Source of the DNA: Fimbriosthenelais zetlandica
Lineage: Eukaryota
Assembly: GCA_977030845.1 (NCBI GenBank)
Contig: OZ365111.1
Coordinates: 7,688,001 to 7,752,000, forward strand
DNA length: 64,000 nt
Direction of reading: 5' to 3'
Part shown: positions 9,045 to 21,000 of the stretch, piece after piece
Position numbering within the stretch: the first letter of the stretch is position 1
How the letters are laid out: each line of letters starts with the position of its first letter
Position numbers and translations under genes: made by a program
Notes under the pieces: generated by a model
What the model was told of the DNA's origin: nothing
Databases searched by the model: none
What the model saw: only the letters and a program-made list of their open reading frames with translations

Positions 9045-12000
9045 CTGGGGTTTAGGTAGGGAGAAAGAGAGAGAGAGAGAGAAAGTGTGAGATTAGTTTT
9101 CTTTCCTAGTCAGGAGAGTATTATTGAATTTTATGCATGGTAACTGGTCAGACCGCCTAGTCTCGGTCATTCTGAATATATCATGATTCAGCATTATTAT
9201 TAATCTTGACTTTAGGGGCCTATTTCAGCGTAAAAAATCTCATAGACTTTGCATTGCTAATGGTTGTTCTGAAACAGGCCCCAGGGGCATGAGGGTAGTG
9301 TCAGGATCTTAATTGGGGAGGTATTGTAGATTTGTGAACGATTTGATAGTAAGAAATGTACTCATAATAGTGTAGAAAATAATTAATATGTAATTAATTA
9401 TAATTATAATGTAGACATATCTCCATGATAGGTCATATTGACCAAGAGAGGGACCACGGGCCTGTTTCAGAACAACCATTAGCAATGCTAAGTCTATGGG
9501 AATTTTTTTTATGCTGAAACAGGCCCCACGAATCTAAATAAATAAATAAATATTAAATAACTTCAGCTGTAATTTCTGACTGTAACAAACATTGAGCTTA
9601 AGACTTTAATACAGTACATAAAGACTGTGGTCTAGGTTAGAATAGATTTATAAAAGGAAGGATTACATACAGTTTAGACATACTGAAATGATTACATCAA
9701 GCTGACAGATAAAAAGAGGTGACCATAAAATTAGTAGGTAACCATTGACACAGAAGCAATTGAAAAGATATCTTATAAATATAATATAAGTTGTTCAGTT
9801 TCCTAATTGTTCAAATACCAGGGGCTAAAGATATTCTCTCAACGTTTGTGATTCGAGCTATTAGAGATCAAAATGTAGATTATAAGGATGAAAGGCAATT
9901 GCTTTTGTGTCAAGAAATAACATGGAAAAGGCATAAAAATGGTGACTAGTAACATACCTATGGGCACGAATGATAGCATACCATACAAGTTGGCAAGGGA
10001 AGTAGGCGGCTGCAGAACAATGGCTTCAAAATGGCGCATCCAGAGCAAAACGTAGCAATCAAACCTCAAAAAACATGCATCCATGAGAGAAACCTCACTC
10101 TACATGGGTATACATCTGCGCAAGGCACAGAAGGCTTATCTTCTAGCACTGCCAAATTGGGCTATTAGCGCAAGGGTGGCGGGTCTCTTGAATTTAGATG
10201 GGGTAGAGGAATATGATAAAAAGGCATCCCCCAAAATGGGGTAATATAATGTATGTATGGTCTAAATACACATAACACACAGGCTTGGTCTAAAATGACT
10301 CAAAGCTATATCTCCAAAAATCAGGGGATTGAAGTCTCAGAGAAGGAAAATCCAAAAAAGCCTCGAAAAGGAGCAAGATTTGCTGTGGATGTATGTGGGC
10401 AATTTTCCTCTTTTTAAGCTTTTTAAGACTACTTACTAAGTAGCCAGGGAGCGCAGGAATCGAGGATGCCATCTTTGGCTGAAGTGAGGATGGAGTCAGG
10501 GAGAGGAAGGGAATGGCGGACCATGGCGCCATATAAGCCATATTCAGCCATGATGCTTCCGCGGCCCCACGTTTTCTCCGTTTTGCGCCATTTTGCTCGC
10601 CTGTTCTGGAACCAGACCTAAAGCGGAGAGGAGAAAAGGAGAGGAGACGACTAGATGAGCAAGGTTTAGCTTCTGTTTATATTTTAGCCTTGTCACTGAA
10701 AACAGTGGTCATTTAAGTACTTACTGATTAACCAAGGGGCACACGACTCGACTTCTCCATCCTTTGCTGACTTAAGTATGCTTTCTGGCAATGGTAAAGA
10801 GTGTCTAACCATTGCCCCATAGAGACCATACTCAGCCATTATGCTGCTGCGCCCCCATTTCTTCTCTGTCTTACGCCATTTTGCTCTTCGATTTTGGAAC
10901 CAAACCTAAGGAACAAAATTCATTTATTGTGGTTATTTTAAATTAAAAAAATAGTTTTGTTTCTTTGTTATAAAAGGGGCAAACGTTGTATGGTAACAGT
11001 CCGCTAACAGGCACTTTGAACGTTGAGGCGGCGTCCTTGCTTCAAGTCTTTTGGAACCTAAAAGGCAAACCTGAAAGACACTGACACTAATGACAGATAA
11101 CAAAGGGAAGGTGTGTAATGTATTATTTGTTTTGATATGTCTATTACATCCTGCTTAAATTACACTGGAAATGGTGCATCTAGTGGTAAAGAGTAGAGGA
11201 AATTATGAAATTTACCCTCAGCTAATGATGAAGTCATTCATGCAATATTAAGCGAGGCCTCGTATAGAGAACCCGAGGCTGTGACTTGTCTTCTGCTTTA
11301 TATCAGTCCTTGTCTAGTTGATATCGTTAGCGCCGGAAAGACAAACCGATTCGTTACATTTCCTACTCATTAGCTTGAAAATCACCGATGGCCTGTGACA
11401 GCATGAAATATAGGAGGATGGGCAACATCCGCTTAGTGCGCCTTGCAAACGTGTTCAAGCCGCGGGGGCCGCCCGTTGTGCACCACGGGGTGCCAAGACT
11501 GTCCCGCACCAAATCTCGTCATTTTCCCGATTTGAGCATTCAGAGAGGCCCGCTAATGGTTTCGTGTAAACGGTTTCACATTTGTATGATTCTTTTGTCT
11601 CGGGCTTCGTGCTAGCCCCCAAGTACAAGTCCCCAATTTGTAGATTTCCTATAATTAAGTGTGACAGACTTGCTGGTTCAATTAGCCCTGCAGCGAAGAA
11701 ATAATTAGAGCCACAATGTGTAATTAAACGTGGCAGCCTATCGTGCTTTTATTCCTGCTCCTGCTTTGACATGTGCCGGTATTGACCCCGCGTCCTAAGA
11801 CGACAGATCAAATAACACTTTCCTAGGCCAATTGCATGCCGAGCTCTTACAGTGTGCACTTGCAGAGCTGACCTCTGTGGCAAGATACATTGCCTTTTTT
11901 GCTGGTCACCCATTTATTAGATCTAAATGAGCGTCACAAGCAGATGTAACTAGACTTTCTGGATTGGATAATTGCAATTATGAAGAAGTGCAAGCGAATG

Positions 12001-15000
12001 TAGGAATCACAAATTATGTAGTGTATGTGATTTCAGTTAATGAAAACCTCATACAGACCCTTCAACTTAACTTCATCTTAACTTGTGAGGACTTCATCAA
12101 TTATAATTTCCTGAGAGTTGAAAATCAATTCATAATGTGACCTCTGCATAATAGTGAGTTAGCACGCCTCTATGTGGTATAATATATGGCTATTATTGTA
12201 CTGCTAGGAGGCAACAACCCTCCAGAAAGTGAAGTTTTAATGCCTAATATCATGATCCACGCGAGGCAACGCCAAATCTCGTTTCCGTCTCGTGAGTGGC
12301 GAGACTATGCCTCACGTGACCCTGCATCGCCTCCTGATTGGCCGAAATGGTTCTACGTTCCCCTTAATGCCAATTGGTCGTCGATGTGTCCCTGGAGCCT
12401 CATTCGGGCGAGCGCCTCTGCATATGTATAATCAGACATTAGTAGGAAATTTGCTCTTAAAATTCTCACGCTGGTGTGCCCGGGGTGCCAGCTCGCACAA
12501 TCTGGTTTCTGCCTACGTAGAGCGCCAGTGGGATAAGTTGCTAATGTGATCAGCCCCGTCAGATAAGGGAGTTGATGTAATTAACCAGACAAATGAATGA
12601 TGACACATAATAGGCAACAAATTGCCTGCCGCCACCATGCAATTCAATTATTTTGTTTTCCGCAAAATTGTTGATTAAGGAAGGCTTGGGCCACATGAAG
12701 AGAGAAGGGGACGAGGAGTGACTTGACATCAATAATGGTTGATTTATCTAGCCACCCCCCCAGTGACGAGAACGCCACTCTTCGCTGAAATACAGTGTCA
12801 CTATGACTGCTGTCAAAACAGTATTCTCTGTGCAGGGCCAGCGGCAGAGGAAAGAGTCAACCCAATATAAGTCATATTTACAAGCGTCAACATCAGAAAA
12901 GCCTGTCACAGGCCTCATACCCATCCGCTGCAGATCAACTGACTTACTTACAACCCCCTACATGTTATAGTTCCATATATAGGCTACTTGGAACTGTCTT
13001 GAACCAAACCTAAATTTTAAATGTCCTTAAAGTCTAAAACCTTTTAAGAAATAATGTATCGGGTAGGCCTATACACTGTTACATCCACAGAAATGTATCA
13101 AACAATTTTTATAATGTTGCGAATGACATTTTGATTGCAACGTGACAGCTAGGGCACTTAGGAAGAATGTCTATGGAAGAAACAAAGTTGCTTCTTTGGT
13201 AAGATTCTCATTGGAATGGATTCCTATTGATCCATTAACCCACCGGCCTCGTTTTAGAAACCATGTGTCACTAATCAAAAACAATCATGGCACCATGACG
13301 ACACCTCTAAAAGCCAGAGATTAAATACAAATATCCTGCTCTACTCCCCATTATCTTTAATCATTATTCCCCCTCCATACGTGATCTGCATCTGGAAGAA
13401 AACTAAATACAGTCTGAATTTGGTGCCCTTCCTAATCATCGGAAATGGCTCCCGGAAATGATCGTTGGAGTGATACCGAACGTTTCCGACAGGCGGCTCA
13501 TGTTGCGGCCTGCCATCTGGTGTCACATGATCAAAACAATGAGGACACCTAATGGGCTTATCCTGCCCCGATCCGTTATGCTTCACCCGATACGGTGAGA
13601 CTTTCTCCCCCATCACCCGACACTAATTTCACAAGTGTTCATATTCTGAGCATATTTAATTCATGTCTGTGATAGGGGCTCCCTTAGTGCCTCAGCTCGC
13701 GTCGAACAATACAAAGGGACCGGGGTGAGATTTCGATTGCGATAGGTCAAGCCTCCTTGTGCAAGTCAGCGTGACGCTGTTGTATGTGCAGTGAAGGGTG
13801 ACGAGCCAATGTACCCCTGGGCCTGGGCAAGTTATGACCGAACCTCTCTCAATATCATCAATTATAGAAACAATTTGCCACGACCGGGGCGAAAGCAATA
13901 GTGATAAACGCACCGAAAGGCTTGCTCCTCCATGCACTTCACAGCTACGACTCAGCACCAAACTACTTTGTCATTCAGTCGTGCAGTTTCCTGCCGCCTC
14001 GCAATAAAAGCATGGATCATTGATGAGATCCGCTAGTACTCTAACATGGCTAACAAAAGGCTCCAAGTTGGCCTACAGTGTAGTGTTCAGCTCGTCTGGG
14101 TGTTCACCACCCAAATGCCAACCATATGTTGGTGGGTGACTTTACTACCTCCCGCTCAATACAAACTCCATCTCCCCCAGGGCTCAGGCATTAGCTGATG
14201 GGTTTCATCTGGTCAGGCAATATAGAGACAAGTAGCAGGCAATACATTATAGCCATCGCCTAAATTAAGTAATTGGCTCTACCACTATATGCTCCATTAC
14301 TCTCTCTACCATACCCCTAAACTTGCCATATCTAACGATTTCTCTAATCCAGACAATAACCAGCGCAATTAGAGCTAATGCAATCGGTCTCATGGGACTT
14401 TATCCTCTCCATCGGTTTTTGTCATCCGGATGGCAATCAAAAGGAGCTTTTAATTTACCTCCATCCAGGGTCAATGCTTCATTTCCATAGACTACTCACT
14501 CTGACCCACTATTAGAGGCAATGCTTCAATTGAGAGCCATAATGGTCATGACAGGTTGAAGTTCAATTGCTTGTTTGTGGTGAACTGGTAGAAAAACGTT
14601 GGGGCTAATTGGACCATATGGTATGCATGTACTCCGAAGACTGGGGCTTATTTTGTTTGATACTTGAAACCCCATGGGACAGTTACAGGTACAGATAGTA
14701 CTCTCCCATTGTTAGTATATTTTTTGTGGTCCAAATTGAAGTTAGTGTCATCTGAATATGATGGAAGTTTGCAATTATATTGGTCTACACAGGTCTACAC
14801 AGTGTACTATGAAAATGTATACATATGCAGTTCCTGACGTTGCTTGCATCTTCATGAGCCCAGGGGCCTGTTTCAGAACAACCATTAGCAATGCTAAGTC
14901 TATGGGAAATGTTTACGCTGAAACAGGCCCTTGATAAGGTTTCGCATAGGCGTAAACAATCATTTCTTTTCACAGTTAAATTGTATGCATTGTTATATAT

Positions 15001-18000
15001 ATTTAGAACTATGATTGATAATCAAGCCTACATTATATATAAAATATTGCTCAAGGTCCTACATAATATATATATATGTGACCCAGATTTTAGAAGCAAG
15101 CAATGGACAAGTTCAATGTTTATATTTCAGGTTTGGGTGTATGTTAATACCCTGTGTAGGTATAACTCTTTTGTTGATGATTAAGCTGAATTGTTTATTG
15201 ATGGGAGTATAATCCTTGATGAGTAAAACTCCAGCCTTCCATACTAACATCGCATTAAGCTCATATAGTGGAAACGATCCTTCAATCATGAAAGGCGGGC
15301 GAGTGAAATTAATTCAATTTTCACACGAACCGATAAAGAGCTGTTTATGATGCAGGAGATAATAGGCATTGAGAGGTAATTGATATGGTAATTACTTTCT
15401 AATCTGAAGCAAATCCAAGGAGATAGGAGATTAATGTGACAATCTAAGCCAAGAGTACTGTGATCCTATGGTCTATTGACTTGCTACTGGCGCGGAAGAC
15501 TGGGATGGGAGAGGGAAGGGGAAAGGCCTTCGTTCTACTGCAGCACATCAAAGGTGACTATGGCGCCCTGTGGATGGGTAATAGGATGGAGTCTTGGTCA
15601 TAAATCAGCGTTAGCCTGAAGTGTTCTCAAAAGACCCATCATGGCCCACCTGTGGCAAAAACTAATGGGGGTGGAACTGACGGTCTGCCCGAGCTTACCA
15701 AGGCAGGTGTGACCACAGGCTATGTCCAGCCTGGCTGGCCAAACTCAAAGAGAGATGAGCACAGGACAATTGAGCGCGAGCACACGATAATCGCACAGAA
15801 CGTTGGAAGTTGATCCAAGCCATTGGAGGTGTTCACGGTTTAGACAGACCATGAAATCGTGCCGGTTTGATGTCCGCTACCGTTTTTGTCCCGCGATTTC
15901 ACACCACTTTAAATCAGAGGTCATCATTTCTGAATTGTTGCTGAATTGGAGGGGAAAATCCCCCGGTGTCTATGTTTTTTCTGGCAACCAACCGTTTATG
16001 CAGGACCCTAATATGAAGCACTCACCTAATCATAATGCACAAAGAAATGGCGTTAGAACTAAATACAATTTCTATTGTTACGGTTTAGCTCCACAACTGA
16101 CACTGCATGCATCAGGCTGTGAAATCGCTGTTAATTGTATTGCCTTCACGATTGTTTGTTCGCTCTAATATAATCGCTCATCAGTAGGGGTCTTGGCGCG
16201 AGGCAAGATGGAATGAAATTAGTCTGAGCATGGATTCCCACAGCTAGGCTGGTGCTCCACCATTTCACCCTCCATGATCCATAAGACAAGGGAGGTTCTA
16301 TCAACCCCCCGGGGCGACCGAGTGTCAGAACAGTGAAAACCTCTTCAGCCAATAACTCATGTGTCTTATTCCATTAGCTTACTCGGCTGGGTTGGAGCGA
16401 GGCAGGCCTGACGCTGTGGACCACTTAGGGTGTCTTTTTAACTTTGGCGTGCCTTGGCGGGTCCGTTGTTAAATCAAGAGGGACAGGCTGTTTCCTCCAC
16501 TCAATAAATGGCGTGGAAAATGGGTAGGGAACCTTGGCGAGAGGGTGTTGAATATGGAGATAGGGCAGCTATGAAATATAATGGGCGATATAGGCCAGTG
16601 TCATTCATATTGTGCAACACTATTAACATGCTGGTAGGTCTCCCTTTATATGGCACCTCATGCATGCTTCCTCTATTGTATATAATAATATTTTGTAATA
16701 TGGATAGTACTACTGGTACTTCCAAATTTTAACTTAATTCTCACTCATATAATTATGAATGCTTGTGTGAAAGGTGTATTTATTATTTAAGATACATGGG
16801 GAAAGGAAAGAAGTACACTGAATAGAGTGAGCATGCATGCAGGCCAAAATTTTAACTTGAACTTCCTTCTCTCCACAATCATCAACCAGGCATAGCCAGG
16901 TGAAAAAGAATAAATCCTGACGTTCGAGAATTAATTTTGGCACGGTACAAAAATTATCTCTTGACATGACTAAGACCGAAAGGAAAGCAGCGGCAATCCT
17001 TCGTTGGGCTAAAGCTTATTATATCTGATTGCCTCAAACATTTTCAGTGTTCTCGGCAAAAAAGAAAGACAGAGGTATGTTAAAGGAAGGCCACAAATTT
17101 CATGAGCATGTAAGCAGGTTGTTTTATTTCGTCTTAAACTTCCGAGGTTGTTACTTCGTGTTTCCAGCAGCCTAATTTGGCAAGTCCCAAGGTAATTCTT
17201 TCAAGCGCCCATTCTCGTTTGCGGTCGATCCTGGAACTAAGCCGGCGCGGTGGATTCTATGCAAACTGTTTTACTCCCTAATTGGGTATTTTTAATTAGA
17301 CAACTAATTTAAAGATAATGATTTCTTCAACTGACTGGATCGTGCTGGCATAATACGGCTTAATTTGGCAGAAGCTCGTTTGGCCGATCAACAAGGCTCG
17401 ATCATGACATCTCTTTGTTGTAAGAGATAATCTGGCTGACTTTGAGATTGTTGGGAGAAGAGAGCTAATATAATCTTACTTAAATCCCCCAAGTCATCAC
17501 TCCAGTGATAATCCCTCGTGCTATTTTGCTAAACTCCATCCCCAGTCTATAGCTGCTGCGTATTCAGTATTTTCCGGAATATCCCTCTGCATGCACCTGC
17601 AGCAGAGTATACTATTGTGTTATCACTTGGGGAAACTAACTGTAGCCGGGTGGGGTTACAAAGATCGACAGAATAGTAATTGCTACTTGCTTATCCCTTT
17701 TTCCTCCAGCCTGATTAACTAAACAGGCTTCTAATTAAATACAACAGCGAGGACAGTGGCAAACAAATGAGAGCATAAATATTGTGAATTGCTTCGCATA
17801 GTGCCTGCGTTTATGATGCGTACCCTGTACTCTCATGGCTTTGTCGGTCGACCAGTGGAGGTCCAATCTTCCAGTTGCTCTCACAAACAGTAGTGACAAA
17901 TTAGTTGGCAACTATGTGCGCTATTTCTGTTATTAATACCCACGCGGCGGGTGCTGGATGCAGCCCTGGCTTTGTTGGGGGAGATGGGTCCTGAATCAAA

Positions 18001-21000
18001 TGGACAATGTCTCTCTGGGGTGGTCGAACCTCAGTGAGATGGCGAGCTCGCACGAGGCAATATTGTCATTTATGGATAAACCGCCGGGATAGATGAAAGA
18101 TTAATTGGAGTGTGATATAAACCGAAGTAAGATTAGATGGCTGATGGAAACAGGCCACAGCCTCCCTCCAGAGTCCGGTTCCCAACTGGCTTTACTCTTT
18201 ATAATAAAGTCAGGATAATAGCTTTACCCTTTTTCTACTGCCATCCCACTACTAAAGGCAGTCTCCGACATTTATATAAACCCTCGATGTGTGTGTCTAT
18301 AGCCGGGGATAAAGTGGCCCCACTCCCACGGTCCACTCAAATTGGATGCTTTCAATCGAACCACACTGCACAAGAAAGAAGCACGCCAACCGTGCTACAC
18401 GATTAGTTCTAATTGAAAAATTGCCCCAATGCAAAAGCTGACATTTAGCTAACAAATCTATTAATTGGAATCAAATTTGTCGCGTGAGGAGCACAGTCTG
18501 AATGTGGTGTGGGACTGGGGAGGAGGGAGTCCATAGGGCGCAGACGTAAATTGGTAAATATCCCATTCTGCTGCGAATCGCTTTCATTAGGTTGGATCCT
18601 GCGGCCCGGTGCTCAAATAGTCCCTGAGGGAGGCATTCAAAAATTAATACACGGGTAATCGTAACGAGGACAAAATAGTTCGCGGCCCGGGCACGAGGAA
18701 AATTAATTTTCTGGCGTGTATAAACACGTTAGGGTATATTCAGTATTCATATTTTATGAGCGGATCGCGGGGTAGGTATCGCTGTGTGGCGCACTCACCT
18801 CTCCCCAGGGGCAGCACTGGCGACTCTCAACGACCATCAACACCCCCATTATCGCCCTGATTTCTACATTATCGCCCACATTTCCTTAAATTCACCATTC
18901 ACTTGCTTGACCCCGTGACATTTCTCTATTTGACTCTCAGTGACAAATGTCTACTGCGACTGCTCGGGTCTCAGGAGCGGTGCCTGGTGGCCGTATTTCA
19001 TTGCTTCCTTATGCCCTCTTCTGTCCAGAAAGTAACCGGCTACTGATGTACACCAATAGCTGGATGATGTTATCACTTCGTGTCCTGAATCTTCATTCAG
19101 TCCTCACTGTATGTAACAAGCATCGCGTAAACCATCACATTTCTCACATATTTTCTCACATTGCTGCTCGGAGCAGTGACCTCTGGAGTAAGGGGGGGGG
19201 GGGGGGTGTCCCCTGACTATTACCATGGCCATCCAACCAGCTTCTGCTGAAAATCCAGTAGAGGATTTTGATCCAGAGCTTTAGGGCGATCAAGGAGCCA
19301 CAAAGGCAGGTCTAGAGGGCAGGGCAGGTCCCCATTGTGAACCCGGAGTTGAGGCGCTTTGGTATATAGATGGGATCTGAGGCCACTCTCCATCCTCAGA
19401 CTCCAGGGTGGGGGGAGTATAGTGGGAACACTATAGCGCCCCACCAGCAGCCCCCTTCCCTCCCTCTTTACTCACATCACTAACCTGCTTTCACCTTGGA
19501 GACTTCCCCACCATTGTAGCCATAGTTACCAATGGACTCTGGCTCGTGGCTGACCTTCACCTCTCTAGGGAGAAACAGGAGCGATGACCTTGACCCCAAT
19601 ACAAGATGTGAATCAAGGTGACGATCCTAGGCTCAAGGGTCAATGAATTTATTTAATGTCTTCGCTATTCTCTTCAGCCTTGCTGGGATCGAGATGTTAC
19701 ATTATCCATTAGGTATTATGGCTTTTATGTGAATAGGAGGGAAAAAATGCTCCACTCACAATGAAAGATAGATTGGGGTGACGGTGATATCATGGCCATT
19801 GTCAGGCCTACATTGTTGTGGGTAATATTTTAGAAAAACATGCAGGGGAATGCTCAAGTATACATTTCCCATCTCTTTCAAGAGCATTTCTATCTGGTAT
19901 ATTGGCCAGGCTTCGAGAGAATTTGGGTCAGTTGAATAGAACAGTCAATAAGGATCTCTTGCAAGCAGTTAAAGGTTAATATTCTAACTTAACCAATGAC
20001 CTTTAAGCACAATTCAATTATCATTGTCACAGCTTACCTTTCTGAGAATTTATTACAAAACACAACCATAGTTCATATTACGTGCAGTTTTTGAACTTGA
20101 TTCTTCAACCATTTTAAGAGACATTCCGAGATTATCATTATATTTTTACATGCATTTACTTCTATTTATTTCTGTATGAGTATTATGTCAATAATAGGCT
20201 CTCACCTGGATTCTGTCTTCAGGGAGGTCGGTCTTTAGCGATAGGACTTCTCTGGCATAAACATCGGGGTAATGCGCTTCTTTAAAAGCTTTTTCTAATT
20301 CTTCTAATTGGTACGACGTAAACATAGTTCTGCAAGACAAAAACACCACCAAGATTATAAATACAAACCAATTATTAATAGGTCTGGTAAAAAGTCACAG
20401 ATAAAACAGATGCAAAATAAGCACAAGTAAAGCAGAAACTACCAACATGAACACCAAAATGTGATTACTTAAATAGGTGAATACTTTTTTCACATATAAA
20501 AAATTGTTGTAAATATATAAGCACGTGATTATATAAAATAACCTATATGGAATAACCACCAACCAGATGTGAAACTAATGAAGATGTGGTCAAATATTAA
20601 AATTTCACCACTGGGTCTGTCATTTGGTCTTTAGAACCTCCGTGTAGTATTATTAAAGGTCAGAATGTTTTTCTCTCTATTGCCACATTAGTAATGGGAT
20701 GGCAAGCCACACGTCACAGTAGAAAACACACACGATGTGGTCTGGTATAATGCTAATATCATTTTACATTTGCCCTTTTCTAGGTCACTTCTTCTGACAC
20801 GAGATTAGAGCGCGAGATCTGGGTGGCAGTGTTTCCTATATCCAGCAGACTAGCAACATGGCAAGCCTCGACACGGAAGGGCCCTCCGTCTGCCGTGCCA
20901 CACGAAATCAACCTTTATTGGAGAGGTCACGCCTATTGGAACAGCCTAGAACGGTGGGTCAATCTGATCGTCTATACTCTACCCCGCCCCGTCCCTCCCA

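Noticed and set aside
10290-10541. 83-aa [15 protein letters not shown]...
   Set aside because: Alternative-frame reading of exon 4b running into the intron.
11050-11075. cagGTTTGccttttagGTTCCAAAA resembling the start of exon 4a
   Set aside because: Two short split matches only; downstream sequence has no CVC-like coding similarity and no matching donor.
13508-13525. CTCF-like CTGCCATCTGGTGT
   Set aside because: Imperfect at a core position and equally explained as an E-box (CATCTG).
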